The notes beneath the pieces are model-generated. The model ran no database searches. It was given only the letters and a program-made list of their open reading frames with translations, and was not told where the DNA came from. This document shows positions 14,931 to 30,579 of a DNA stretch of 64,000 nt, piece after piece. The position numbers were made by a program, and so were the translations under genes. The first letter of the stretch is position 1; every line of letters starts with the position of its first letter. Location: NCBI RefSeq assembly GCF_009914755.1, contig NC_060933.1. One strand, written 5' to 3'. The DNA comes from the human T2T-CHM13v2.0 reference genome, Homo sapiens.

Positions 14931-17451
14931 AGAATAAACCCGAGTGCAGGGGAATGGAATGGAATGGAATGCAAAGGAATGGAATCTTCCGGAATGGAAT
15001 GGAATGGAATGGAATGGAATGGAATGGAATGCAATGGATTCAACTCGATTGCAATGGAATGGAATAGAATGGAATGGAGTGGAATGGAATGGAATTAACC
15101 CGAATAGAATGGAATGGAACGGAATGGAACGGAACGGGACGGAACGGAATGGAACGGAACGGAACGGAATGGAATGGAATGGAATGGAATGGAATGGAAT
15201 GGAATTGTATGGAATGGAATGGAATGGTACGGAATAGAATGGAATGGAAAGAATTGGAATGGAATGGAAACGAATGGAATGGAATGGAATGGAATGGAAT
15301 CAACCCGAGTGTAGGGGAATGTAATGGAAAGCAATGCAATGGAATGGCATCATCCGGAATGGAATGGAAGGGATTGGAATGGAATGGAATGGAATGGAAT
15401 GGAATGGAATGGAATCAACCCGAGTGCAATGGAATGGAGTGGAATGGAATGGAATGGAATGGAACAACCCGAATGGAATGGAATGTAATGGAGAGTAAGG
15501 GAGTTGAATAGAAACAATCCGAATGTAACGGAATGGAACGGAATGGAATGGAATGGAATGGAATGGAATGGAATGCAATGAAATGGAATCAACCCGAGTA
15601 CAATGGAATGGAATGGAATGGAATGGAATGGAATGGAAAGAATGGAATGGAATCAACCCGAGTGCAATGGAATGGAGAGGAATGGAATGGAATGGAAACT
15701 ACCCGAATGGAATGGAATGTAATGGAGTGTAAGGGAATTGAATACAATCAATCCGAATGGAATGGAATGGAATGGAACGGAATGCAATGGAATGGAATGG
15801 AATGGAATCAACCCGAGTGCAGGGGAATGGAATGGAATGGAATGCAATGGAATGGAATCATCCGGAATGGAATGGAATGGAATGCAATGGAATGGAATGG
15901 AATGGAATCAACCCGAGTGCAATGGAATGGAGTGAAATGGAATGGAATGGAATGGAAACAACCAGAATGGATTGGAATATAATGGAGAGTAAGGGAATTG
16001 AATAGAATCAATCTGAATGTAATGAAATGGAATGGAACGGAATGGAATGCAATGGAATGGAATGGAATGGAATGGAATGGAATGCAATGGAATGGAATCA
16101 ACCCGAGTACAGGGGAATGGAATGGAATGGAATGCAATGGAATGGAATCATCCGTAATGGAATGGAAAGGAATGGAATGGAATGGAATGGAATGGAATGG
16201 AATGGAATGGAATGGAATGGAATCAACTCGATTGCAATCGAATGGAATGGAATGGAATTAACCCGAATAGAATGGAATGGAATGGAATGGAACGGAACGG
16301 AACGGAACGGAATGGAATGGAATGGAATGGAATGGAACGGAAAGGAATGGAATGGAACGGAATGGAATGGAATGCAATGGAACGGAACGGAATGGAATGG
16401 AATGGAATTGAATGGAATGGAATGGAATCAACCCAACTGCAGGGGAATGGAATGGAATGGAATGCAATGGAATGGAATCATGCGGAACGGAATGCAATGG
16501 AATGGAATGGAATCAACACGAGTGCAATGGAATGGAGTGGAATGGAATGGAATGGAATGGAATGGAATGGAACTACCCGAATGGAATGTAATGTAATGGA
16601 GAGTAAGGGAGTTGAATAGAATCAATCCGAATGTAATGGAAAGAAATGGAAAGGAATGGAATGGAATGGAATGGAATGCAACGGAATGGAATCAAACCGA
16701 GTACAATGGATTGGAATGGAATGGAAGGGACTGGAATGGAATGGAATCAACACGAGTGCAATGGAATGGAGTGGAATGGAATGGAATGGAATGGAACAAC
16801 GCGAATGGAATGGAATGTAATGGAGAGTAAGGGAGTTGAATAAAAACAATCCGAATGTAATGGAATGGAACGGAATGGAATGGAATGGAATGGAATGGAA
16901 TGGAATGGAATGGAATGGAATGCAGTGGAAGAGAATCAACCCGAGTACAATGGAATGGAATGGAATGGAATGGAATGGAATGGAATGGAATGGAAAGAAT
17001 GGAATGGAATCAACCCGAGTGCAATGGAATGGAGAGGAATGGAATGGAATGGAATGGAAACTACCCGAATGGAATGGAATGTAATGGAGTGTAAGGGAAT
17101 TGAATAGAATCAATCCAAATGGAATGGAATGTAATGGAACGGAATGTAAAGAATGGAATGGAATGGAATTAACGCGAGTGCAGGGGAATGGAATGGAATG
17201 GAATGCAACGGAAGGGAATCATCCGGAATGGAATGGAATGGAATGCAATGGAATGGAATGGAATGGAATCAACCCGAGTACAATGGAATGGAGTGAAATG
17301 GAATGGAATGGAATGGAAACAACCAGAATGGATTGGAATATAATGGAGTGTAAGTGAATTGAATAGAATCAATCTGAATGTAATGAAATGGAATGGAACG
17401 GAATGGAATGGAATGGAATGGAATGGAATGGAATGGAATGCAATGGAATGG

Positions 17452-17600
17452 AATCAACCCGAGTGCAATCGAATGGAATCGAATGGAATGGAATGCAATG
17501 TAATGGATTCAACTTGAATGGAATGGAAAGAATGGAATCAACACGAGTGGAATGGCATGGATTGGAATGGAATGGAATGGAATCAACCCGAGTACAGGGG
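17452..17600 (+). repeat. pHuR98-like SatIII module (9q12-type), one example of many copies
   Basis: AATCAACCCGAGTGCAATCGAATGGAATCG...GGATTCAACTTG...GGAAAGAATGGAATCAACACGAGTGGAATGGCATGGATTGG...CAACCCGAGTACAGG. Matches my recollection of the chr9 SatIII clone pHuR98 (not checked by alignment). Other copies near 11026, 14514, 32169, 35154, 37774, 42724, 51292. Confidence 0.7.
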
Positions 17601-18029
17601 AATGGAATGGAATGGAATGCAATGGAATGGAATCATCCGTAATGGAATGGAAAGGAATGGAATGGAAAGGAATGGAATGGAATGGAATGGAATGGAATCA
17701 ACTCGATTGCAATCGAATGGAATGGAATGGAATTAACCCGAATAGAATGGAATGGAATGGAATGGAACGGAACGGAACGGAACGGAACGGAACGGAATGG
17801 AATGGAATGGAATGGAATGGAATCAACCCGACTGCAGGGGAATGGAATGGAATGGAATGCAAAGGAATGGATTCAACTTGAATGGAATGGAAAGAATGGA
17901 ATCAACACGAGTGGAATGGCATGGATTCGAATGGAATGGAATGGAATCAACCCGAGTACAGGGGAATGGAATGGAATGGAATGCAATGGAATGGAATCAT
18001 CCGTAATGGAATGGAAAGGAATGGAATGG

Positions 18030-21000
18030 AATGGAATGGAATGGAATGGAATGGAATGGAATCAAGTCGGTTCCAATCGAATGGAATGGAATGGAAATAA
18101 CCCGAATAGAATGGAATGGAATGGAAAGGAACGGAACGGAACAGAACGGAAAGGAATGGAATGGAATGGAATGGAATGGAATGGAATGGAATGCAATGGA
18201 ATGGAATGGAATGGAATGGAATGAAATGCAATGGATTCAACTCGATTGAAATGGAATGGAATAGAATGGAATGGAATGGAATGGAATGGAATGGAATTAA
18301 CCCGAATAGAATGGAATGGAATGTAATGGAATGGAACGGAATGGAACGGAATGGAATGGAATGGAATGGTATGGAATGGAATGGAATGGTACGGAATAGA
18401 ATGGAATGGAAGGAATTGTAATGGAATGGAATTGAATGGAATGGAATGGAATGGAATGGAATCAACGCGAGTGCATGGCAATGTAATGGAACGGAATGCA
18501 ATGGAATGGAAACATTCGGAATGGAATGGAATGGAATGGAATGGAATGGAATGGAATCAACCCGAGTGCAATGGAATGGAGTGGAATGGAATGGAATGCA
18601 ATGGAACAACCCGAATGCAATGGAATGTAATGGAGAGTAAGGGAGTTGAAAAGAATCAATCCGAAAGTAATGGAATGGAATGGAACGGAATGGAATGGAA
18701 TGGAATGGAATGGAATGGAATGGAATGGAATGGAATGGAATCAACCCGAGTGCAATGGAATGGAGAGGAATGGAATGGAATGGAATGGAAACTACCCGAA
18801 TGGAATGGAATGTAATGGAGTGTAAGGGAATTGAATAGAATCAATCCGAATGTAATGGAATGGAATGGAACGGAATGGAATGGAATGGAATGGAATGGAA
18901 TGGAATGTAATGCAATGGAATGGAATAAACCCGAGTGCAATGGAATGGAGAGGAATGGAATGGAATGCAATGGAATGGATTCAACTTGAATGGAATGGAA
19001 AGAATGGAATCAACACGAGTGGAATCGCATGGAATGGAATGGAATGGAATGGAATCAACCCGAGTACAGGGGAATGGAATGGAATGGAATGCAATGGAAT
19101 GGAATCATCCGTAATGGAATGGAAAGGAATGGAATGGAATGGAATGGAATGGAATGGAATGGAATGGAATCAACTCGGTTCCAATCGAATGGAATGGAAT
19201 GGAAATAACCCGAATAGAACGGAATGGAATGGAATGGCACGGAACGGAACGGAACGGAATGGAATGGAATGGAATGGAATGGAATGGAACGGAAAGGAAT
19301 GGAATGGAATGGAATGGAATGGAATGGAATGGAATGGAATGCAATGGAATGGAATGGAATGGAATGGAATGAAATGCAATGGATTCAACTCGATTGAAAT
19401 GGAATGGAATAGAATGGAATGGAATGGAACGGAATGGAATTAACCCGAATAGAATGGAATGGAATGGAATGAAATGGAACGGAATGGAACGGAATGGAAT
19501 GGAATGGAATGGAATGGAATGGTATGGAATGGAATGGAATGGTACGGAATAGAATGGAATGGAAGGAATTGTAATGGAATGGAATTGAATGGAATGGAAT
19601 GGAATGGAATGGAATCAACGCGAGTGCATGGCAATGTAATGGAACGGAATGCAATGGAATGGAAACATCCGGAATGGAATGGAATGGAATGGAATGGAAT
19701 GGAATGGAATGGAATCAACCCGAGTGCAATGGAATGGAGTGGAATGGAATGGAATGCAATGGAACAACCCGAATGGAATGGAATGTAATGGAGAGTAAGG
19801 GAGTTGAATAGAATCAATCCGAATGTAATGGAATGGAATGCAACGGAATGGAATGGAATGGAATGCAATGGAATGGAATCAACCCGAGTACAATGGAATG
19901 GAATGGAATGGAATGGAATGGAATGGAATGGAATGGAATTGAATGGAATGGAATGCCTTCATACCGAATGGAATGGAAAGGAATGGAATCAACACGAGTG
20001 GAATGGAATGGAATGGAATGGAATGGAATGGAATGCAATGGAATGGTACGGAATAGAATGGAATGGAACGAAATGGAATGGAATGGAATGGAATAGAACG
20101 GAATGCAATTGAATGGAATGGAATGGAATGGAATCGTTCCGAGTGGAATAGGAGGGAATGTATTCGAGTGGAATGGAAAGGAATGGAATCAACCAAATTG
20201 GAATGGAAGGGAATGGAAAGGAATGGAAACTAATAGAATGGAATCAACCTGAGTGGAATGGAATGCAAAGGACTGGAATGGAATTGCATGGAATGGAATG
20301 GAATCAACTCGATTGTAATGGATTGGAATGGAATGGAATGGAATGGAATGGAATGGAATGGAATTAACCGGAATACAATGGAATGGAATGGAATGGAATG
20401 GAACGGAATGGAGTGGAATGGAATGGAATCAACCCGAGTGCAGGGGAATGGAATGTAATGGAATGCAATGGAATGGAATCATCCGGAATGGAATGGAATG
20501 GAATGGAATGCAAAGCAATGGAATGAACTCGATTGAAATGGAATGGAATGGAATGGAAAGGAATACAATGCAATCAACCCGAGTGGAATGGAATGGAATG
20601 GAATGGAATCAACTCGATCGGAATGGAATGGAATGGAATGGAATGGAATGGAATGGAATGGAATGGAATTAACTCGAATAGAATGGAATGGAATGGAACG
20701 GAACGGAACGGAACGGAATGGAATGGAATGGAATGGAATGGAATTAACCCGAGTAGAGGGGAATGGAATGGAATGGAATGCAATGGAATGGAATCATCCG
20801 TAATGGAATGGAAATGAATGGAATGGAATGGAATGGAATGGAATGGAATGGAATGGAATCAACCCGAATAGAATGGAATGGAATGGAATGGAACGGAACG
20901 GAACGGAATGCAATGGAATGGAATGGAATGGAACGGAAAGGAATGGAATGGAATGGAATGGAATGGAATGGAATGGAATGGAATGCAATGGAATGGAATG

Positions 21001-24000
21001 GAATGGAATGAAATGCAATGGATTCAACTCGATTGAAATGGAATGGAATAGAATGGAATGGAATGGAATGGAATGGAATTAACCCGAATAGAATGGAATG
21101 GAATGGAATGAAATGGAACGGAATGGAATGGAATGGAATGGAATGGAATGGAATGGAATGGAATGGAATGGAATGGAATGGTATGGAATGGAATGGAATG
21201 GTACGGAATAGAATGGAATGGAACGAATTGTAATGGAATGGAATTGAATGGAATGGAATGGAATGGAATGGAATCAACGCGAGTGCATGGCAATGTAATG
21301 GAACGGAATGCAATGGAATGGAAACATCCGGAATGGAATGGAATGGAATGGAATCAACCAGAGTGCAATGGAATGGAGTGGAATGGAATGGAATGTAATG
21401 GAGAGTAAGGGAGTTGAATAGAATCAATCCGAATGTAATGGAATGGAATGCAACGGAATGGAATGGAATGGAATGCAATGGAATGGAATCAACCCGAGTA
21501 CAATGGAATGGAATGGAATGTAATGGAATGGAATGTAATGTAATGGAATGGAATGGAATGGAATGGAATGCAATGCCTTCATACCGAATGGAATGGAAAG
21601 GAATGGAATCAACACGAGTGGAATGGAATGGAATGGAATGGAATGGAATGCAATGGAATGGTACGGAATAGAATGGAATGGAACGAAATGGAATGGAATG
21701 GAATGGAATAGAACGGAATGGAATTGAATGGAATGGAATGGAATGGAATCGTTCCGAGTGGAATAGGAGGGAATGTATTCGAGTGGAATGGAAAGGAATG
21801 GAATCAACCAGAGTGGAATGGAAGGGAATGGAAAGGAATGGAAACTAATAGAATAGAATCAACCTGAGTGGAATGGAATGCAAAGGACTGGAATGGAATT
21901 GCATGGAATGGAATGGAATCAACTCGATTGTAATGGATTGGAATGGAATGGAATGGAATGGAATGGAATGGAATTAACCGGAATACAATGGAATGGAATG
22001 GAATGGAATGGAACGGAAAGGAGTGGAATGGAATGGAATGGAATGGAATGGAATGGAATGGAATGGAATCAACGCGAGTGCAGGGGAATGGAATGGAATC
22101 GAATGGAATGGAATGGAATGGAATGGAATCAACCCGAGGGCAGGGGAATATAATGGAACGGAATGCAATGGAATGGAATCATCCGGAATGGAATGGAATG
22201 GAATGGAATGGAATCAACCCGAGTGCAATGGAATGGAGTGGAATGGAATGGAATGGAATGGAACAACCCGAATGGAATGGAATGTAATGGAGAGTAAGGG
22301 AGTTGAAAAGAATCAATCCGAAAGTAATGGAATGGAATGGAACGGAATGGAATGGAATGGAATGGAATGGAATCAACCCGAGTGCAATGGAATGGAGAGG
22401 AATGGAATGGAATGGAATGGAAACTACCGAATGGAATGGAATGTAATGGAGTGTAAGGGAATTGAATAGAATCAATCCGAATGTAATGGAATGGAATGGA
22501 ACGGAATGGAATGGAATGGAATGGAATGGAATGGAATGGAATGGAATGCAATGGAATGGAATAAACCCGAGTGCAATGGAATGGAATCGAATGCAATGGA
22601 ATGCAATGGAATGGATTCAACTTGAATGGAATGGAAAGAATGGAATCAACACGAGTGGAATCGCATGGAATGGAATGGAATGGAATCAACCCGAGTACAG
22701 GGGAATGGAATGGAATGGAATGCAATGGAATGGAATCATCCGTAATGGAATGGAAAGGAATGGAATGGAATGGAATGGAATGGAATGGAATGGAATGGAA
22801 TGGAATCAACTCGGTTCCAATCGAATGGAATGGAATGGAAATAACCCGAATAGAATGGAATGGAATGGAATGGCACGGAACGGAACGGAACGGAATGGAA
22901 TGGAATGGAATGGAATGGAATGGAATGGAATGGAACGGAAAGGAATGGAATGGAATGGAATGGAATGGAATGGAATGGAATGGAATGGAATGCAATGGAA
23001 TGGAATGGAATGGAATGGAATGAAATGCAATGGATTCAACTCGATTGAAATGGAATGGAATAGAATGGAATGGAATGGAACGGAATGGAATTAACCCGAA
23101 TAGAATGGAATGGAATGGAATGAAATGGAACGGAATGGAACGGAATGGAATGGAATGGAATGGAATGGAATGGTATGGAATGGAAGGAATGGTACGGAAT
23201 AGAATGGAATGGAAGGAATTGTAATGGAATGGAATTGAATGGAATGGAATGGAATGGAATGGAATCAACGCGAGTGCATGGCAATGTAATGGAACGGAAT
23301 GCAATGGAATGGAAACATCCGGAATGGAATGGAATGGAATGGAATGGAATGGAATCAACCCGAGTGCAATGGAATGGAGTGGAATGGAATGGAATGCAAT
23401 GGAACAACCCGAATGGAATGGAATGTAATGGAGAGTAAGGGAGTTGAATAGAATCAATCCGAATGTAATGGAATGGAATGCAACGGAATGGAATGGAATG
23501 GAATGCAATGGAATGGAATCAACCCGAGTACAATGGAATGGAATGGAATGGAATGGAATGGAATGGAATGGAATGGAATGGAATTGAATGGAATGGAATG
23601 GAATGGAATGGAATGGAATGGAATTGAATGGAATGGAATGCCTTCATACCGAATGGAATGGAAAGGAATGGAATCAACACGAGTGGAATGGAATGGAATG
23701 GAATGGAATGGAATGGAATGCAATGGAATCGTACGGAATAGAATGGAATGGAACGAAATGGAATGGAATGGAATGGAATAGAACGGAATGCAATTGAATG
23801 GAATGGAATGGAATGGAATCGTTCCGAATGGAATAGGAGGGAATGTATTCGAGTGGAATGGAAAGCAATGGAATCAACCAGAGTGGAATGGAAGGGAATG
23901 GAAAGGAATGGAAACTAATAGAATGGAATCAACCTGAGTGGAATGGAATGCAAAGGACTGGAATGGAATTGCATGGAATGGAATGGAATCAACTCGATTG

Positions 24001-27000
24001 TAATGGATTGGAATGGAATGGAATGGAATGGAATGGAATGGAATTAACCGGAATACAATGGAATGGAATGGAATGGAACGGAATGGAGTGGAATGGAATG
24101 GAATCAACCCGAGTGCAGGGGAATGGAATGTAATGGAATGCAATGGAATGGAATCATCCGGAATGGAATGGAATGGAATGGAATGCAAAGCAATGCAATG
24201 AACTCGATTGAAATGGAATGGAATGGAATGGAAAGGAATAAAATGCAATCAACCCGAGTGGAATGGAATGGAAAGGACTGGAATGGAGTGGAGTGGAATG
24301 GAATGGAATGGAATGGAATCAACTCGATCGGAATGGAATGGAATGGAATGGAATGGAATGGAATGGAATTAACTCGAATAGAATGGAATGGAATGGAACG
24401 GAACGGAACGGAACGGAATGGAATGGAATGGAATGGAATGGAATGGAATTAACCCGAGTAGAGGGGAATGGAATGGAATGGAATGCAATGGAATGGAATC
24501 ATCCGTAATGGAATGGAAATGAATGGAATGGAATGGAATGGAATGGAATGGAATGGAATCAACCCGAATAGAATGGAATGGAATGGAATGGAACGGAACG
24601 GAACGGAATGCAATGGAATGGAATGGAATGGAACGGAAAGGAGTGGAATGGAATGGAATGGAATGGAATGGAATGGAATGGAATGGAATCAACTCGATTG
24701 CAATCGAATGGAATGGAATGGAATTAACCCGAATAGAATGGAATGGAATGGAATGGAACGGAACGGAACGTAATGCAATGGAATGGAATGGAATGGAACG
24801 GAAAGGAGTGGAATGGAATGGAATGGAATGGAATGGAATGGAATGGAATGGAATGGAATGGAATCAACGCGAGTGCAGGGGAATGGAATGGAATCGAATG
24901 GAATGGAATGGAATGGAATGGAATCAACCCGAGTGCAGGGGAATGTAATGGAACGGAATGCAATGGAATGGAATCATCCGGAATGGAATGGAATGGAATG
25001 GAATCAACCCGACTGCAATGGAATGGAGTGGAATGGAATGGAATGGAATGGAACAACCCGAATGGAATGGAATGTAATGGAGAGTAAGGGAGTTGAAAAG
25101 AATCAATCCGAAAGTAATGGAATGGAATGGAACGGAATGGAATGGAATGGAATGGAATGGAATGGAATGGAATGGAATGGAATGGAATGGAATCAACCCG
25201 AGTGCAATGGAATGGAGAGTAATGGAATGGAATGGAATGGAAACTACCCGAATGGAATGGAATGTAATGGAGTGTAAGGGAATTGAATAGAATCAATCCG
25301 AATGTAATGGAATGGAATGGAACGGAATGGAATGGAATGGAATGGAATGGAATGGAATGGAATGCAATGGAATGGAATAAACCCGAGTGCAATGGAATGG
25401 AATCGAATGGAATGGAATGCAATGGAATGGATTCAACTTGAATGGAATGGAAAGAATGGAATCAACACGAGTGAAATCGCATGGAATGGAATGGAATGGA
25501 ATGGAATCAACCCGAGTACAGGGGAATGGAATGGAATGGAATGCAATGGAATGGAATCATCCGTAATGGAATGGAAAGGAATGGAATGGAATGGAATGGA
25601 ATGGAATGGAATGGAAACAACTCGGGTCCAATCGAATGGAATGGAATGGAAATAACCCGAATAGAATGGAATGGAATGGAATGGAACGGAACGGAACGGA
25701 ACGGAATGGAATGGAATGGAATGGAATGGAATGGAATGGAATGGAATGGAATGCAATGGAATGGAATGGAATGGAATGGAATGATATGCAATGGATTCAA
25801 CTGGATTGAAATGGAATGGAATAGAATGGAATGGAATGGAATGGAATGGAATTAATCCGAATAGAATGGAATGGAATGGAATGAAATGGAACGGAATGGA
25901 ACGGAATGGAATGGAATGGAATGGAATGGAATGGTATGGAATGGAATGGAATGGTACGGAATAGAATGGAATGGAAGGAATTGTAATGGAATGGAATTGA
26001 ATGGAATGGAATGGAATGGAATGGAATCAACGCGAGTGCATGGCAATGTAATGGAACGGAATGCAATGGAATGGAAACATCCGGAATGGAATGGAATGGA
26101 ATGGAATCAACCCGAGTGCAATGGAATGGAGTGGAATGGAATGGAATGCAATGGAACAACCCGAATGGAATGGAATGTAATGGAGAGTAAGGGAGTTGAA
26201 TAGAATCAATCCGAATGTAATTGAATGGAATGCAACGGAATGGAATGGAATGGAATGCAATGGAATGGAATCAACCCGAGTACAATGGAATGGAATGGAA
26301 TGTAATGGAATGGAATGGAATGGAATGGAATGGAATGGAATGGAATGGAATGCCTTCATACCGAATGGAATGGAAAGGAATGGAATCAACACGAGTGGAA
26401 TGGAATGGAATGGAATGGAATGGAATGCAATGGAATGGTACGGAATAGAATGGAATGGAACGAAATGGAATGGAATGGAATGGAATAGAACGGAATGGAA
26501 TTGAATGGAATGGAATGCAATGGAATCGTTCCGAGTGGAATACGAGGGAATGTATTCGAGTGGAATGGAAAGGAATGGAATCAACCAGAGTGGAATGGAA
26601 GGGAATGGAAAGGAATGGAAACTAATAGAATGGAATCAACATGAGTGGAATGGAATGCAAAGGACTGGAATGGAATTGCATGGAATGGAATGGAATCAAC
26701 TCGATTGTAATGGATTGGAATGGAATGGAATGGAATGGAATGGAATGGAATGGAATTAACCGGAATACAATGGAATGGAATGGAATGGAATGGAACGGAA
26801 TGGAGTGGAATGGAATGGAATCAACCCGAGTGCAGGGGAATGGAATGTAATGGAATGCAATGGAATGGAATCATCCGGAATGGAATGGAATGGAATGGAA
26901 TGCAAAGCAATGGAATGAACTCGATTGAAATGGAATGGAATGGAATGGAAAGGAATACAATGCAATCAACCCGAGTGGAATGAAATGGAAAGGACTGGAA

Positions 27001-29000
27001 TGGAGTGGAGTGGAATGGAATGGAATGGAATGGAATCACCTCGATCGGAATGGAATGGAATGGAATGGAATGGAATTAACTCGAATAGAATGGAATGGAA
27101 TGGAACGGAACGGAACGGAACGGAATGGAATGGAATGGAATGGAATGGAATGGAATTAACCCGAGTACAGGGGAATGGAATGGAATGGAATGCAATGGAA
27201 TGGAATCATCCGTAATGGAATGGAAATGAATGGAATGGAATGGAATGGAATGGAATGGAATAGAATGGAATGGAATCAACTCGGTTCCAATCGAATGGAA
27301 TGGAATGGAAATAACCAGAATAGAATGGAATGGAATGGAATGGAACGGAACGGAACGGAACGGAACGGAATGGAATGGAATGGAATGGAATGGAACGGAA
27401 AGGAATGGAATGGAATGGAATGGAATGGAATGGAATGGAATGGAATGGAATGCAATGGAATGGAATGGAATGGAATGAAATGCAATGGATTCAACTCGAC
27501 TGAAATGGAATGGAATAGAATGGAATGGAATGGAATGGAATGGAATTAACCCGAATAGAATGGAATGGAATGGAATGGAATGGAAAGGAATGGAACGGAA
27601 TGGAATGGAATGGAATGGAATGGAATGGTATGGAATGGAATGGAATGGTACGGAATAGAATGGAATGGAAGGAATTGTAATGGAATGGAATTGAATGGAA
27701 TGGAATGGAATGGAATGGAATCAACGCGAGTGCACGGCAATGTAATGGAACGGAATGCAATGGAATGGAAATATCCGGAATGGAATGGAATGGAATGGAA
27801 TGGAATGGAATGGAATCAACCCGAGTGCAATGGAATGGAGTGGAATGGAATGGAATGCAATGGAACAACCCGAATGGAATGGAATGTAATGGAGAGTAAG
27901 GGAGTTGAATAGAATCAATCCGAATGTAATGGAATGGAATGCAACGGAATGGAATGGAATGGAATGCAATGGAATGGAATCAACCCGAGTACAATGGAAT
28001 GGAATGGAATGGAATGGAATGGAATGGAATGGAATGGAATGGAATGGAATTGAATGCCTTCATACCGAATGGAATGGAAAGGAATGGAATCAACACGAGT
28101 GGAATGGAATGGAATGGAATGGAATGGAATGGAATGCAATGGAATGGTACGGAATAGAATGGAATGGAACGAAATGGAATGGAATGGAATGGAATAGAAC
28201 GGAATGGAATTGAATGGAATGGAATGGAATGGAATCGTTCCGAGTGGAATAGGAGGGAATGTATTCGAGTGGAATGGAAAGGAATGGAATCAACCAGAGT
28301 GGAATGGAAGGGAATGGAAAGGAATGGAAACTAATAGAATGGAATCAACCTGAGTGGAATGGAATGCAAAGGACTGGAATGGAATTGCATGGAATGGAAT
28401 GGAATCAACTCGATTGTAAAGGATTGGAATGGAATGGAATGGAATGGAATGGAATGGAATGGAATTAACCAGAATACAATGGAATGGAATGGAATGGAAC
28501 GGAATGGAGTGGAATGGAATGGAATCAACCCGAGTGCAGGGGAATGGAATGTAATGGAATGCAATGGAATGGAATCATCCGGAATGGAATGGAATGGAAT
28601 GGAATGCAAAGCAATGGAATGAACTCGATTGAAATGGAATGGAATGGAATGGAAAGGAATACAATGGAATCAACCTGAGTGGAATGGAATGGAAAGGACT
28701 GGAATGGAGTGGAATGGAATGGAATGGAATGGAATCAACTCGATTGGAATGGAATGGAATGGAATGGAATGGAATTAACTCGAATAGAATGGAATGGAAT
28801 GGAACGGAACGGAACGGAACGGAATGGAATGGAATGGAATGGAATGGAATTAACCCGAGTACAGGGGAATGGAATGGAATAGAATGCAATAGAATGGAAT
28901 CATCCGTAATGGAATGGAAATGAATGGAATGGAATGGAATGGAATGGAATGCAATGGAATTTAATGGAATCAACTCGATTGCAATGGAATGGAATGGAAT
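18030..29000 (+). repeat. Locally expanded variant sub-array (5-6 irregular copies)
   Basis: Variants seen only here: GAGTGCATGGCAATG, TCGGTTCCAATCG, CCTTCATACCG (19956, 21576, 23641, 26353, 28057), GAATTGCATGG, GGAAACATCC, AATCGCATGG. Confidence 0.85.
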
Positions 29001-30579
29001 GGAATTAACCCGAATAGAATGGAATGGAATGGAATGGAACGGAACGGAACGGAATGCAATGGAATGGAATGGAATGGAACGGAAAGGAATGGAATGGAAT
29101 GGAATGGAATGGAATGGAATGGAATGGAATGGAATGGAATCAACGCGAGTGCAGGGGAATGGAATGGAATGGAATGGAATGGAATGAACCCGAGTGCAGG
29201 GGAATATAATGGAACGGAATGCAATGGAATGGAATCATCCGGAATGGAATGGAATGGAATGGAATGGAATCAACCCGAGTGCAATTGAATGGAGAGGAAT
29301 GGAATGGAATGGAATGGAACAACCCGAATGGAATGGAATGTAATGGAGAGTAAGGGAGTTGAAAAGAATCAATGCGAAAGTAATGGAATGGAATGGAACG
29401 GAATGGAATGGAATGGAATGGAATGGAATGGAATGGAATGGAATGGAATCAACTCGATTGCATTCGAATGGAATGGAATGGAATTAACCCGAATAGAATG
29501 GAATGGAATGGAATGGAACGGAATGGAACGGAACGGAATTGAATGGAATGGAATGGAATGGAATGGAACGGAACGGAATGGAATGGAATGGAATGGAATG
29601 GAATGGAATCAACGCGAGTGCAGGGGAATGGAATGGAATGGAATGCAATGGAATGGAATCTTCCGGAATGGAATGGAATGGAATGGAATGGAATGAAATG
29701 CAATGGATTCAACTCGATTGCAATGGAATGGAATAGAATGGAATGGAATGGAATGGAATGGAATGGAATTAATCCGAATAGAATGGAATGGAATGGAATG
29801 GAACGGAATGGAACGGAATGGAATGGAATGGAATGGAATGGAATGGAATGGTATGGAATGGAATGGAATGGAACGGAATAGTATGGAATGGAACGAATTG
29901 GAATGGAATGGAATGGAATGGAATGGAATCAACGCGAGTGCAGGGGAATGTAATGGAAAGGAATGCAATGGAATGGAATCATGCGGAATGGAATGGAATG
30001 GAATGGAATGGAATGGAATCAACCCGAGTGCAATGGAATGGAGTGGAATGGAATGGAATGGAATGGAACCACCCGAATAGAATGGAATGTAATGGAAAGT
30101 AAGGGAGTTGAATAGAATCAATCCGAATGTAATGGAATGGAATGCAACGGAATGGAATGGAATGGAATGGAATGGAATGCAATGGAATTGAATAAACCCG
30201 AGTACAATGGAATGGAATGGAATGGAATGGAATGGAATGGAATGGAATGATACGGAATAGAATGGAATGGAACGAAATGGAATGGAATGGAATGGAATGG
30301 AATCGTTCCGAGTGGAATAGGAGGGAATGTATTCGAGTGGAATGGAAAGGAATGGTATCAACCAGAGTGGAATGGAAGGGAATGGAATGGAATGGAAACT
30401 AATAGAATGGAATCAACCCGAGTGGAATGGAATGGAAAGGACTGGAATGGAATGGAATGGAATGGAATCAACTCGATTGTAATGGAATGGAATGGAATGG
30501 AATGGAATGGAATGGAATGGAATTAACCCGAATAAAATGGAATGGAATGGAATGGAACGGAATGGACTGGAATGGAATG

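Noticed and set aside
22129-23508. 459-aa minus-strand ORF
   Set aside because: Poly-(IPFHS) reading of (ATTCC)n; a chance absence of stops.
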